A DNA stretch of 64,000 nucleotides from Podarcis vaucheri (Eukaryota). Below the pieces are notes generated by a model. The model had not been told where the DNA came from and searched no databases. It saw only the letters and a program-made list of their open reading frames with translations. The stretch is taken from assembly GCA_965113315.1 (NCBI GenBank), contig OZ220379.1, one strand, 5' to 3'. Positions 32,741 through 50,949 of this stretch are shown in pieces. Positions within the stretch are counted from its first letter, which is position 1; every line of letters starts with the position of its first letter. The position numbers and the translations under genes were made by a program.

Positions 32741-34555
32741 AACCCCCAGTATCTCAGCGACAGCATTTCTCAGGAAGCTCCAAGTTAATCTTGAGTCTCA
32801 TTTTCCAAGCTATGGTCAGAAGGCAGGGAAGGGTGTCAGAAATGTTTTTGGCCTTTGAAAAGCTCTAATGCCAAAGTGTTCCCTACAGCTGCCACCACTG
32901 CATTTAAGGATGATAGGCCTGGCCAAAGCCTAGGCTGGCTGACATGCTACAACGGTGGATATTCTCTCGCATAACCTCATAGAAAGAGCAGCTCCTGCTC
33001 AGCCTGATGGCTGCTGCCACAGACACCTGACCCATTAACACCATTTCTTTATCGCAGCTTTTGTCAGACTTGAACAGATCTCCAAAGTCATAGATGCATG
33101 TGTGCGTGGCTCCATCTGCAATGCACTTTTAAAGCAGTATCCTACCACTTTAAACAGCTGAGCCTTCCCACTGCCAGGATCCCACCAGATTTTTTTTCAT
33201 TAGTCAGCACTTGAAGTTGAGGAGGTGGCATGAGCTTTTTACTGCATTTGTGCTTGTGGGGTTTTTTTAATTTTATTTTTTATTTAACAATTGTTGCCAA
33301 ATATAAGCAAAATATTGCAAATGCATACATATATATTTCAAATAAGCACATACATATTAAAAAAGAACAAAAGAGGAAAAAGAAGATGAAAAAATAAAGA
33401 GAACAAAAGTTGGAAAAAAATTTGTAAAAAAAGTTTACAAATATCTCAATATGAAAATAGTAAGATTTCATTGATTGACTTCCATTGCTTACACTGCACT
33501 TCCTATATACATTTTAAGCAAGATTGTATCTGTTACGCCGTATTTTTCCCATACAATCTCACACTAATATTCTGATCAATATGTTTTCTAAATCTATTCT
33601 AAACACAACCAATACCTTACATTTAATCCTTGTCTACATAAATAATTTAAGCATTTCCATTGTTTCAGGATTATATTTTTGGGTTTTTGTCTTATCAAAT
33701 CAGTCAACTTTGCTAATTCCAAGTATTTGCATAATTTATTCAACCATTCTTTGGTTGGAATGCAATTTCCTTTTTAATTATTGGCATTTGTGCATGTTCA
33801 GCTATTGCCTCTTGAATATTTTTTCATGTTAAGTGGCAGAAATTGTAAGAGCTTTTCCTAGCATGGCACACATGCTATAACATATTGCTGCAACTGACAA
33901 GGTGCTGCAAGATTGTGGGGTGCTATGAAAGAGAAAATGCTCAAAAAAAGTGTAGCATATTGCGCTCTTCCTATGGCAGAGACACAGCTCTCACTGCTGC
34001 ACCTTATCAATCTCGCCTTTCAACTTTATCCACTTGCTGCCATGTTTCTTCCCCACCCACTCCGGCTTCAAGTCCTAAAATATACCACAGGGGTCAACTA
34101 TGAGCCATAACTAAACGAGTGAGAGTTTAGTGGTTGGGAAACAGGCATAGCTCAATGACAGAGGACGTGTTTTGTAAGCAAAAGGTCCCAGGTCCAGCCC
34201 TCAGCCTCCCCAGGTGTTGCTGAGAAAGACTCTGCCTACAAGGCCGATGCCAGTCTGACTCGGTGTAAAGCAACTTCCTATGTTCCTAATAAATGGGTGT
34301 TTTCCCAGCTGGCACCTCCCACCACAAAGTACTAGGGTGTTCTGGTGATAGTACAAACTTCAGGCGAACGTTAGCATTTGATGTGCCTGTGTCATTTGTC
34401 CTCTGGCCCCTGCAAGCAGAGTCCTTGCTGGCAATTGTTTGCTCATCAAACAGAACATTCGGATTGTGCAAATGCTTTGAGACTCTTTAAACCACTTTCC
34501 TTCGTAGTAGCCCAGAGCATGTTGCCATCAAAGTCTCAATGCTACAATTCTACTA

Positions 34556-34781
34556 CAGTGGTACCTCGGGTTACATATGCTTCAGGTTACAGACTCTGCT
34601 AACCCAGAAATAGCGCCTCGGGTTAAGAACTTTGCTTCAGGATGAGAACAGAAATCGTGCTCTGGCGGTGCGGCGGCAGCAGGAGGCCCCATTAGCTAAA
34701 GTGGTGCTTCAGGTTAAGAACAGTTTCAGGTTAAGTACGGACCTCCTGAATGAATTAAGTACTTAACCCGAGGTATCACTG
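34556..34781. mobile_element. Tc1/pogo MITE family A
   Basis: TIR and TA TSD as in the 172-404 copy. Confidence 0.85.
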
Positions 34782-36619
34782 TATGGCTTTCTTTACGCAC
34801 GTATTCAAGCCATAGCTCTGAATTCAGGAAAGAGAGCAAGTAGATAATGTGTTTCTTTCTAGCTCAACTTATTACATTGGCCCCAGGACTTCCTATTCTT
34901 TTCTTTGTCACTCACAGATGGTATCGCCTCCAGCCAGGGGAGTAGGGAGAAGGCCTCACCATTCAGCCCACTTTTTCAAAAGCAGCTGCAGCTAGTAGTA
35001 GTTTACGTGGCCCACCAACTACATGTACTCTTCAGTCTTGCAAAAGAGGCAAGACTTGATTAAGGGTGAGGATTTGCTGAATTAAATATTTGAAATTGGA
35101 ATGCAGAAAGGGGAGGTATGAGGAGGTCGGTGAAGTAAGTTTTAAGAGAATAAGGATTTGAAATTATATTTGTTTGTCTTTGTGTGTGTGTGTTTGTATT
35201 GTGTTTGATTTTATAATTTGTGAAAATTTAATAAATATCTTTAAAAAAAAAAAGAGGCAAGACTTTGCAGATGGATTCAACCATTTTAGAAGCCTCTCTG
35301 CGGAATCCCATCTTCCAGATATAAAAATGCAGGCTTTGAGGGGACCCCAAAGATTATACCCAGCGCACCATCCCTAATCCTATGACAGTCTTGTGCCTTC
35401 TCAGAGCCTCTGTGCACCTGCTCCTTTTGCTGCCTGCCGGAGATTAAAGGCCACAATCCACACTCCGCCTGGTGCCTCACCGTTTCTGCTGGCTTGCCAC
35501 ATAGTCGCCCATATCCAATAGAGGGATTTATCATCCTAGGGCAGACCGTGGCAACGGGGTCTTTCCTGCCTTCCTTGGCATCCTTTTAGTATCAAGTTAT
35601 AAACCGTCCCCCTGGCCTTTCGTTAAAGGTCATAACCTCAGCCAGGGCTAAACTTAGTGACTTGGTCCTCCAGTAGTATTGGGAACAGCAGCTGGGTGAT
35701 GAGAATCGGGTTACCTCCTGAGCCAAATGAACTTTCTCCAGCGTCTCTTGAAGACGGCACCTCCCACCATCTCTTCAGCCTTTTTTTGTCCTGTTTTGCA
35801 GAGCCACATAGGTCAAGGAACAAGTCAAGAGTTTGTCTGCAAAAGCTACAAAAGATCGATCTTTCGATCTGTGGTTCTGCTCAGAATCCCATTGAGAGTG
35901 CAACCTTGATTTTTTAAACTGGCATTTGGAGAAATGTGTGTGTGCATGCAAGGGTTTGTGCGCAGCTGGGGGGCTAGTTAAAAACTTGTGGGCACTAATC
36001 ACAGAGGACCTCATCTCCCAGGTGTTTTTACATAACTGCAAGAGCTATACACCAATATGTTAAATCCTGGTGGTGTTGAGCCCGTTTTGGTTCTCCTATC
36101 ACTAGCTTAGGACTTTGGATTTCCTGGAATTCAGTGCTAGGAGAACAATAATGATGATGCAATTGTTGTCAATTGGATTCATTCATCTATTAAAAGCAGA
36201 GTCTTTTTGTCCATCATAATTGCAAAATCTCACTATTGCTGAGACTCCTGATTCAGCTATCTGAGTGTTGTCTGCACTGGCTAGAAGTGTCTCTTCAGGG
36301 AGTGAGACAGAACATTCCCAACACCACCTGGAAATCCCAGGGACTGGACCTGAGGCCTTCTGCATGCAGAAGAGATGCTCTACCGCTGAATGTCTTTCCT
36401 ATACACACAGTAAGAGTGACATCTCTGCCTCTCAGAGGCCACAAGTCTGGAACACACAGTTTCAGATTCTGCTAGTATTCCTTGGCCCCTATCAGCATCA
36501 AATGTCCTACTCAGTTAAGAGACCATTGGATATTGTCTGCAGACATTTTACTCTGGTGCTCATGGTGCAAGGATGGTAAGAAGTCCCATTGGAAGATATA
36601 TTTTGCCTTATTGTCTTTT

Positions 36620-36999
36620 AATTAATGCTTTTGAATTATGGTGCTGGAGGAGACTCTTGAGAGTCCCATGGACTGCAAGAAGATCAAACCTATCCATTCT
36701 TAAGGAAATCAGCCCTGAGTGCTCACTGGAAGGACAGATCCTGAAGCTGAGACTCCAATAAGTTTGGCCACCTCATGCGAAGACAAGACTCCTTGGAAAA
36801 GACCCTGATGTTGGGAAAGATGGAGAGCACAAGGAGAAGGGGATGACAGAGGACGAGATGGTGGGACAGTGTTCTCGAAGCTACGAACATGAGTTTGACC
36901 AAACTGTGGGAGGCAGTGGAAGACAGGAGTGCCTGGCGTGCTCTGGTCCATGGGGTCACAAAGAGTCGGACACGCCTAAATGACTAAACAACAACAACT
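36620..36999 (+). mobile_element. BovB (RTE) LINE 3' fragment
   Basis: AFELWCWRRLLRVPWTARRSN...SLEGQILKL; (CAA)n tail. Confidence 0.88.
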
Positions 37000-37311
37000 T
37001 TTTATTCAGCAGGGCAGCCATTTTAAAACTCAAAGTATTATCGGCCAAATCACATGTAGGCTTCTCAAGACTATGTCAAGTGACACATTTGAATTCATCA
37101 TCTGAATTCATCACAGTGCCCTATGGCAAACTGCAACTCGGCTAAATGTCAACTCTCTCATGTTTTCCACACCATGTCTTTGATGCCAGATGTTTCTGCA
37201 CTCCATGCCACTATGAAGAAGGAGGAAGTTACATCAGCAGGTGCCAGGTGGGCCCACTGGAAATTAGGCAGTGGTCTCTCCAATAAACCATAGCCTACCT
37301 CAGCAGTGGAA

Positions 37312-37682
37312 GGGACGTGGGTGGCGCTGTGAGTTAAACCACAGAGCCTAGGACTTGCCGATCAGAAGATCGGTGGTTCGAATCCCCGTGACGGGGTGAG
37401 CTCCCGTTGCTCGGTCCCTGTTCCTGCCAACCTAGCAGCTCGAAAGCACGTCAAAGTGCAAGTAGATAAATAGGTACCGCTCTTGCGGGAAGGTAAACGC
37501 CGTTTCCGTGCGCTGCTCTGGTTCGCCAGAAGCGGCTTAATAATGCTGGCTACATGACCCAGAAGTTGTATGTCAGCTCCCTCAGTCAATAAAGTGAGAT
37601 GAGTGCCACAACTCCAGAGTCGGCCACGACTGGACCTAATGGTCATGGGTCCCTTTACCTTTACCTTTACCTTTACCTTTAC
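37312..37682 (+). mobile_element. Sauria SINE with long TSD
   Basis: (ACCTTT)n tail; ~29-bp TSD at 37281-37309 and 37687-37715. Confidence 0.88.
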
Positions 37683-40486
37683 TCTTCAATAAACCATAGC
37701 CTACCTCAGCGGTGGGGAACCCTTTTCAGCCCAACGGTTGCATTCCCTTCCGAGTAACTTTGAGGGAGGGGGCACAAGCTAGTGGGGGTGGGGCCAGAGG
37801 CAAAAGTGAGAGAAGAAATAAATGTACCTTTTACCTTTGTACCCTAGGCTAGTTTCTGCACACACACATACCCCTCTGTAGTGTTGTAAATAGCCTCCAT
37901 CCAGACAAGCAAATGACAACAGAGGTCAAGGCCAAATTCTAGCTGGGTAGATGCACTTGGGGTGCAAAGCAAGGCTAGCGAGCTGTGCAGCCTGGGGAAG
38001 AGTTCTGAGGGCCAGAGACAGGATGGCCTGGAAGGTCACCTTGGGCCCTTAGTCTGTCCAACTCTGGCCTAGATGGTGCCTTTCCCCTGCAGCATCCCTT
38101 TGTCACACATCCTCTTTCCTCTAGATATGGTGCACTTTGCACTTTGAAGCTCTTTTGTTGCTTGCCTTCTTGCTGCTGTACTCAGCTAGTAATTTGCTTT
38201 TTGGTGAGAGTCTGTTTACGTTTTGCACATTTCACTACGGTGGTGGTAGCGGTGCTGTGCCACCACCGCTGCTGCTGCTGCTTCGGCCTAGATCCATTGC
38301 CTAGGTTTGAGACGTTTCCTTCCCAGCACGTTGCCCAGTCTTGCACTAAGTAGGCGGGCGCTGCCCGTTCCACCGCTGCAACCTCACCCTGCTCAGTCTC
38401 CTGGCACGCTTGCGCCCAAACACTACCTGCAGGCTCCCTCCCTGCTTCTCGGGCTTGCGCCTTCCGGGAGCTGCTCGGGGGAAAGTGCTTCTTCTCGGAC
38501 CTTCCTTCCAAACCCGCTGCCCCTCTCGCGCCTGTTGCATCCAGCGACGACTGGCAGGCCGCCCTTGGCTCCTGTTTGCGCATGCAACCCCAAACTGCAA
38601 AGGGGAAGGCGGGATTTCCGCTGTCACGTCCCTCGGGTAGAGCCCTGGGGGAGACTTCCCCTCGCCTGGCCTTATTAGAGATGCGGGTCACGCTGCTGCC
38701 GCTGCTGCTGTTACGGGGAAGAAGCGGGTCGGCGGGGGTTGCTGGGTCAATGAGCAATCGCAGCGCGGCCGCAGCAGAGCCAACAAAGAGCCCCAATCGG
38801 GGGCGAGGGAAATGGGGAGAGCTGCCCTTGTAGGGAGAGGGAGCCTTTTGCAAAAGTTGGCCCATTGTCTTTGGAACTTTCTGCCCTGATTCACACAGGG
38901 AATGGGTAAAACGCGGATCTACACGGATCCTCCACTTTTTAAAAAATTACTCCCAACAAAGCCAGTGTCATCCCCAAACCGACCCAACTATTCCCCATGA
39001 TATGAGGACTGCTTCTAAGAGTTTGCAGACTTGTTTAAATTGAATTTAAGGTCTGCAGAAATTAACGGGACTTCCTCCTCGGTAAACGCGGATAAGACTC
39101 GATTGCAACGGCTAGACGTTTCCCAGACATGCATATTTGGGAGCCCAGCTGATGCAATCCAGTCCTCTTCCTACCCAGGCTTGTTCATCGGTATGTCTCA
39201 TCGATTTCAACATAATTCCAATTAACGACGCGTAACCTCTTAGATTATTTAACTGTATTATTTAAGGCTAGGGAGTCTAGCTTCGCGAGAGTTAAGAAAG
39301 GTGTGTCCTTCATCCTTTTGGCGCAGCCTAATTTGTTCTAATTTTCAGGGTTTTTACCATGTTCTGCGTTACTCAGTATAGCTACAGCGTTACGGTTTGC
39401 TGCATTTTGTAAAGGTTTGTGTTAAAACTTCCATTAAATCTTCAGTTACAAAAAGGACACACACTTTTTTCCTGGCCGCCAAGAAATCACAGTGCTGGCC
39501 TTCCTCGTATGCATCTGGGGCGTTGAATCCGAAGCAAGAAAACTCAGTCACTAGGCAGGATGGAACACCATGTTATAAGAGAATAGAACACTTTTCACAC
39601 AAAAAACGGAGCGGGGGGTGGGGAGCGGGGCTTGGCCCTCTTGTAAAATGAAATCGGGAAAGCAATGTTCGTTGGTTTTAGCCCAGAAGCTGCCGCCGGA
39701 GTTTGGCGTGCCGGATACAAATGTAGCGCAAACGGCAAGCGATACATTGCATCGCAATGTCTTCCTCTTTTCTTTTCTTTTTGCAATAATGTTTATTAAG
39801 TTTCTTATAAATATAACGCATACTGTAAAAACAAATGAAACAGAGAATGAAACGAAAAAAACCAACATAAAACAAGTACAGCAAATAACAACAAATAAAA
39901 AATATATAACAACTAACACATAAACAATAGAAATTGATTGAATAGTTAAACTTCCAACGTCATAAACATGTTGCTTGACTTCCTCCGGTCCCTTCCATCT
40001 GAATTTCCCTTGTAACTAAATGTAGCCGTTTTCCAGTACCATGATTTCTTCCTCTTTTTACGCAGTTGCGCGCAGCTTGGTCCCTCCGAACTTAGCGGGA
40101 CACAGATGAGCTTTAAGAGTTCTGAAAGATCCATGCTAACCCTATTCCAAGCACATTTCCCCTGAACTGGTGTCTGTACGTTGCTCTCTCTTATTGATTT
40201 TATTTCCCATCCTGGAGATATAAAATCAATAAAAGGTTACAATATGTGCAAGACTGGGAAATAACAAATCTAAGGGAAACATTTCCCAGAAAAAAACCCC
40301 GCGGGGGGGGGGGAGCTTGTTGCTTGGGAAACGAGCTGTTAATTATTCGGGGGGGGGGATGGGAGAGCCTGGAAGGAAACCTATTTCTCCCAACCCCCCT
40401 GCATGCCTGGGTTGGAAGGCTGGATTTCGCTTTGCGTCCTCTTACCGTATTAACTGTGATATATGCGTTCCTTAATAGCCGCCAAG

Positions 40487-40832
40487 GACGAGGTGGTGGG
40501 ACAGTGTTCTCGAAGCTACCAGCATGAGTTTGACCAGACTGCAGAGGCAGTGGAAGACAGGAGTGCCTGGCGTGCTCTAGTCCAGGGGGTCACGAAGAGT
40601 CAGACACAACTAAGCGACTAAACAACAATTGACAGATAGCAACACCTAGTCCAGAAGGGTTTCCTTTCTGAGAGATAAATATCCACCCAGAACTGCTCTT
40701 TCATGTAGGTGTGTTTTTATATCATTTTATTTCACCTTGAGCGGGAGGCAGTGAAAAACAGGAGTGCCTGGCATGCTCTGGTCACAAAGAATCGGACACG
40801 ACTAAACGACTAAACAGCAACAACAACAACAA
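40487..40832 (+). mobile_element. Two BovB 3'-end fragments (40487-40629, ~40744-40832)
   Basis: Similar to the 36850-36999 BovB tail. Confidence 0.75.
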
Positions 40833-40876
40833 ATTAGCCACCGAGGTGGGGAGAGGAATGAAGGAATTGGGCAGTT

Positions 40877-41359
40877 CTTGTTTAGTCGTTTAGTTGTGTC
40901 CGACTCTTTGTGACCCCCTGGACCAGAGCACGCCAGGCACTCCTGTCTTCCATTGCCTCCTTCAGCTTGGTCAAACTCATGCTTGGTAGCTTCGAGAACA
41001 CTGTCCAACCATCTCGTCCTCCGTCGTCCCCTTCTCCTTGTGCCCTCCATCTTTCCCAACATGAAGGTCTTTTCCAGGGAGTCTTCTCTTCTCATGAGGT
41101 GGCCAAAGTCTTGGAGCCTCAGCTTCAGGATCTGTCCTTCCAGTGAGCACTCAGGGCTGATTTCCTTCAGAATGGAGAGGTTTGATCTTCTTGCAGTCCA
41201 TGGGACTCTCAAGAGTCTCCTCCAGCGCCATAATTCAAAAGCATCAATTCTTCGGCGATCAGCCTTCTTTATGGTCCAGTTCTCACTTCCATACATCACT
41301 ACTGGGAAAACCATAGCTTTAACTATACGGACCTTTGTTGGCAAAGTGATGTCTCTGCT
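40877..41359 (-). mobile_element. BovB (RTE) LINE 3' fragment
   Basis: SRDITLPTKVRIVKAMVFPVVMYGSE...RRIDAFELW. Confidence 0.9.
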
Positions 41360-41766
41360 AGAGCAGCACAATGATGGGGTGTCTGTGAACCAGATCTGAG
41401 TCCTCTGCATCTTGCTTACAAAGGCCTAATGTCCATGTGTCATCCACCTGCATTCTCTGTTCCTGTCCTTCCAGGGCCGACCCACGCATGAGTTAAGGTG
41501 AGGCAACTGCCTAAGGCTGCAGGATTTACAGGAGCAGTGTATTGATCTTTCCTCCCCCTCTTGTTCCCGCTGTAGATCTTCACTCAACCCTTCTTCCCTG
41601 GTGGGGAGGTGGGGGTGCCCTTTTGTGGGTTGACTCAGAGGCCGGCCTTGTGTCCCTTCCCCCACTGTATCCTCTGCTTCTCATCCCCTCCTGAACTTCC
41701 TTGGGGCTCACCAAATGGAATTCTCCCCAGGGAACCAGATACCCTCCTTCCAGCATCTCTCTGTTA

Positions 41767-42119
41767 GGTAAAGGTAAAGGGACCCCTGACTATTAGGTCC
41801 AGTCGTGGCCGACTTGGGGTTGCGGTGCTCATCTCGCTTTATTGGCCGAGGGAGCCGGCGTACAGCTTCCGGGTCATGTGGCCAGCATGACTAAGCCGCT
41901 TCTGGCGAACCAGAGCAGCGCACGGAAACGCCGTTTACCTTCCCGCCGGAGTGGTACCTATTTATCTACTTGCACTTTGATGTGCTTTCAAACTGCTAGG
42001 TTGGCAGGAGCAGGGACCGAGCAATGGGAGCTCACCCCGTCACGGGGATTCGAACCTCCAACCTTCTGATCGGCAAGTCCTAGGCTCTGTGGTTTAACCC
42101 ACAGCGCCACCCGTGTCCC
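41767..42119 (-). mobile_element. Sauria SINE
   Basis: Full-length body; flanked by GCATCTCTCTG(T/C)TA. Confidence 0.85.
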
Positions 42120-42552
42120 AAAACCGCATCTCTCTGCTAAAACCCAACAAATCCGCAATGTTTGCAGCTCACATCTCTCCGCCCATCCCCATCAGCCCCA
42201 GTGATGGCTGATCATCTTGCTGGCATCCTGCTAAGGAGAAATGCTGCCTCGGGGTCCCTTTACTGCTGATCTGTGGCAGCAGCAGCAGCGTGGAGCTGGT
42301 CAGCTAGGACACATGCACAAAACATCTTAGGGATGCAAAATAAAATAGTTATTTTAAAAAAAAACCCAGAAAGGGTTCTTTGGCATGATGAGGGTTGTTG
42401 TTTTTTTAAAGAACCATTTTGGACGAAAGGACAAGCACTACCGTATCCTGCAGAAAGAAGCATCTGTGGACCTTATGGCCACTCTGTCTTCCAAAGACAG
42501 CTCTCCAAAACAGCCTTCTGTTTCCAGCAGTGGAGGGCCGGTGGCTTGGAAG

Positions 42553-42721
42553 CAGTGGCGTAGCGTGGGTTGTCAGCACCCGGGGCAAGGCAAGTAATTT
42601 GTGCCCCCTAACCCGTGGATTTGTGCCCCCTAACCCGTGGATTTGCGCCTCCTAACCGTAACCCCCAGATGTTGCGCCCGGTGCGGCCAGCCGCCCCTGC
42701 ACCCCCCACGCTACGCCACTG
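42553..42721 (+). mobile_element. hAT MITE with internal CCCTAA-containing 22-bp repeats (copy 1)
   Basis: TIR CAGTGGCGTAGCGTGGG; perfect 8-bp TSD CTTGGAAG. Confidence 0.88.
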
Positions 42722-43149
42722 CTTGGAAGGTAGACTGCCTCCAGCATGGAGGTTCCATGCCACCTTTATGGCTAATGTGGGCCCCCAAAAATCCCTGACC
42801 AATGGCTGGCATTTAGGTGGCGAGGCAGGTATCTCCAGGAATCCATGAAGGCCTATCCAGCTTCGGAGCTTTGAAAATGGCAGCAAGCTGTCATGGCAGG
42901 TTCAGGGCCTCAGTTCAGCACCAAAAAAAAGCCCCTTTTGTTGGAATGGTACTATTCCAGCACAGGTGCTGTTAACCGAGGTCAGAAGGAAGGGCGCATT
43001 CCAGACGTGAAGAGTGCAAATGGGAAGGGCATTTATTCCACCAGGAAGGCCTGACTTGCTGGCGCTTGTTCATCCCTTCCTGGACGGGGGAAAGCGCTTA
43101 TAGTAGCGAATCCACTCCGTGGCCTTCGCTTGAGCTAGGTCGAATAATG

Positions 43150-43435
43150 GGGAAGTCACGAAAATTCGGCCCACTTTGCCGGCCTCTGAGGTGCCCTGGG
43201 GTTTTTTTGGCGGTATCCCTCCGCCCCCAGACAAAAGCTTGGCGGTGAGGCGATTTGGCGGGAAGGAGCCAGGGCGATTTCCATCTGAATGGGGGCAGGA
43301 AGCGAGGGCCGGCGGGGAGCCTCCCCTCGCGCCATCCGGGCCGCCCCTCGCCTCCCCTCGGGCTGTGATTCGGCGCCGGGCCTGGTCATTACCATACGGG
43401 GCGGTATAAAAGGCCGGGCGGCGGGGCCCTTCCTC
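43150..43435 (+). promoter_or_regulatory. GAPDH CpG-island promoter with TATA box
   Basis: TATAAAA 43405-43411 immediately after GGGGCGG (GC box); pyrimidine-rich start region ~25-30 nt downstream. Confidence 0.8.
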
Positions 43436-43485
43436 CTCACCTCCTCACTGCACGGCGGAGCTGAGTTAGGCCAGGGACCCCTCGG
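43433..43485 (+). other. GAPDH: GAPDH non-coding exon 1 (5' end approximate)
   Basis: Lies downstream of the TATA box and ends at donor CGG/GTAAG; vertebrate GAPDH has a non-coding first exon. Confidence 0.7.
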
Positions 43486-43949
43486 GTAAGACGAGGCGGC
43501 GGAGGGGCGCGCCGAGCGAAGGCGGCAGGGGTCGCCATTTCGGGGAAGGCGCAGGAGGGGAGACGGCGCTGCTGCTTGGGAAAAGTTTATTTGGGGCCGG
43601 GAAGGGCGGCCGCGGGGCTGGCTGTGGGGCAAAGAGCCCCCCCCCCGCCAAAGAGCCCCCCGCGTCTCCTCAGCGAAGGGGCTTGGGCCAGGCTGCCGGC
43701 GCTGGTTTGTGGAGAAGTCCCATAGAACTCACTTGGGGGGGGCTTTACTTCTGAGTAGGCGCGCCGTGGGGTGGAGGGGGGGGCTCGCTCTGGGAAGCGG
43801 GGAGCTTTTCTCCTCTTCGCCCCCCACCTCGCCCAGCCTTCGGGGCTCCGCGCCCTCGGGCTGCGACGGGAACAAAGTCTCCCCGGCCGACTTCCGTGAG
43901 GGGGGAGCCTCGCTGGAAAGGCGGCCGCGGAAGCGCCTTCTGATCGTGG

Positions 43950-44137
43950 CCGTGGCGTAGCGTGGGGGGGGTGCAGGGGGGCCGGCCGCACCGGGCGCAA
44001 CATCTGGGGGTTAGGGGGCTCAAATCCACAGGTTAGGGGGGCACAAATCCACGGGTTAGGGGGCGCAAATCCACGGGTTAGGGAGCGCAAATTAACTTGC
44101 CTTGCCCCGGGTGCTGACAACCCACGCTACGCCACTG
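43950..44137 (-). mobile_element. Same hAT MITE (copy 2), in GAPDH intron 1
   Basis: Same TIR and internal repeats; imperfect TSD GATCGTGG / TATCGCGG. Confidence 0.85.
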
Positions 44138-44515
44138 TATCGCGGGGCGAAGTTGGGGTGGGAGAGGTTGGCGGAAGGAAATGTAGCCTGGCAGCGTTTA
44201 TTTAGTACACTGATCCCCCCCAAAAAAGATTAGAAGCAACTTCCGTTGCCTCTTGGATCCTGAGCTTCGCTTCCCTCCGCTCCGCCGGGTGTGGGGCGGC
44301 GGTGCTCTCCTCCTAAGGGGACATTATCCTGATGGGGGGGAGGGCAGAGACAAGTACCCCTTTGAGCTTGGGGGTTCCTCTGGCATGAATCGGGGTGGGG
44401 TTACTGGAGTGGCGGGGCTGGGGAGCCCTCCTTGAGTTTTGGCGCAAGATAAGCAACCTTGTAATTTCTGGAAATATATATTTTTCTCCCAGGATCACAA
44501 TTTCCAGAGACGAAA

Positions 44516-50806
<6,291 letters not shown>

Positions 50807-50943
50807 AGGCAGAGTTCCATTTCTTATTTTCTTACAACTCGGCTCTGTATCTTGCAGTAAGAGGCCTTCTCTTGTTCCACCTGCCTCTGAGGAAGTGGAG
50901 AGGCTGGAAGAAACTTGACTGTTTCCGTAACATCTCCCCTCTC

Positions 50944-50949
50944 AATAAA
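50944..50949 (+). terminator. GAPDH polyadenylation signal
   Basis: AATAAA 138 nt after the stop, followed by T/GT-rich sequence. Confidence 0.75.

Noticed and set aside
34140-34290. tRNA-like sequence (also ~36265-36390 on the minus strand)
   Set aside because: Degenerate A/B boxes with no cloverleaf; most likely old tRNA-derived SINE heads
42595-42670. Regularly spaced 22-bp repeats as a CRISPR array or true telomere
   Set aside because: Eukaryotic context, no unique spacers, and enclosed by MITE TIRs and a TSD
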